Source: a virus
UHGV virus genome: UHGV-1635749
DNA: 15,654 nt
Direction: 5' to 3' (one strand)
Position numbers and translations under genes: made by a program. Positions 15,226 to 15,654 of the stretch are shown in pieces (positions within the stretch are counted from its first letter, which is position 1; every line of letters begins with the position of its first letter). Under the pieces are notes generated by a model. That model saw only the letters and a program-made list of their open reading frames with translations, was not told the DNA's origin and did no database searches.

Positions 15226-15654
15226 TTAAATCTTCCAGGAGATTTCTGCATTGCCGTTAGCGTCACCGGCCCCTGTGAATTCGGCGTTGGTCAGCGCCAC
15301 GTTTTTGCCACTGACGGACGTGGACATGAAGCCGCCCAGCGGCACTTTGATGGATTCATCAGTGGAGACGACAACGTATACCGGGTCGCCTTTTTTGATG
15401 GTGCTGGCATCAAAATCAGAACCGAGATTAACGGTCATGTAGCCACGCTTCATGGCGTCACCCGGGAAGTTCTTATCCGTCCCCACCTGGCGAACCATGT
15501 CTGGCTGCGATGTGGTCGGATACGGACGAACGTAGATCCCCTTCACCTTGTCGGCGGTGTCACCGTCCGCCAGCGGCACGAAAAAGCCGTCAGCGTCATA
15601 TTTGCCAGCCAGACCATAGGCAGCGAAGGCGTTAGCGGATTTAAGGATCACCGG
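15226..15654 (-). CDS. Head structural protein (decoration- or scaffold-like), 3' portion; 5' end likely outside the window
   Basis: The reading frame is open to the right edge of the window; the track's start at 15651 is a GTG. Gly/Ala/Asp-rich. Stop at 15226, 11 nt before the capsid ATG, with AAGGAA in between. Confidence 0.45.
   Translation of the reverse strand, partial: PVILKSANAFAAYGLAGKYDADGFFVPLADGDTADKVKGIYVRPYPTTSQPDMVRQVGTDKNFPGDAMKRGYMTVNLGSDFDASTIKKGDPVYVVVSTDESIKVPLGGFMSTSVSGKNVALTNAEFTGAGDANGNAEISWKI

Noticed and set aside
1-15654. Interpretation as a phage-tail-like bacteriocin (tailocin) or secretion apparatus rather than a prophage
   Set aside because: Capsid-side genes (putative major capsid protein, head protein, neck genes) are present upstream of the sheath and an invertase sits at the fiber end. 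This fits a complete tailed prophage better, although the capsid assignment rests on synteny only.

Overview
The window reads as one continuous minus-strand late (morphogenesis) operon of a contractile-tailed prophage with a P2/Mu/e14-type baseplate; no convincing plus-strand gene, tRNA, rRNA or CRISPR array was seen. In transcription order (high to low coordinate): a partial head protein, a putative major capsid protein, five small neck-sized genes, sheath, tube, a tail assembly chaperone with a predicted -1 frameshift extension, a tape measure protein carrying a C-terminal lytic transglycosylase motif, two small tail proteins, a hub-like protein, spike (gpV-like), gpW-, gpJ- and gpI-like baseplate proteins, a tail fiber, a 61-aa ORF, and the 5' end of a serine recombinase (DNA invertase family). 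The most interesting feature is a visibly AT-rich two-gene cassette (about 4676-5510) inserted between the hub and spike genes. It encodes a signal-peptide protein and a membrane-anchored Cys-rich protein, is joined by overlapping stop/start codons, and ends in an intrinsic terminator directly against the spike start codon. All family assignments rest on recalled motifs, gene size and synteny; no database search was run and composition was judged by eye.
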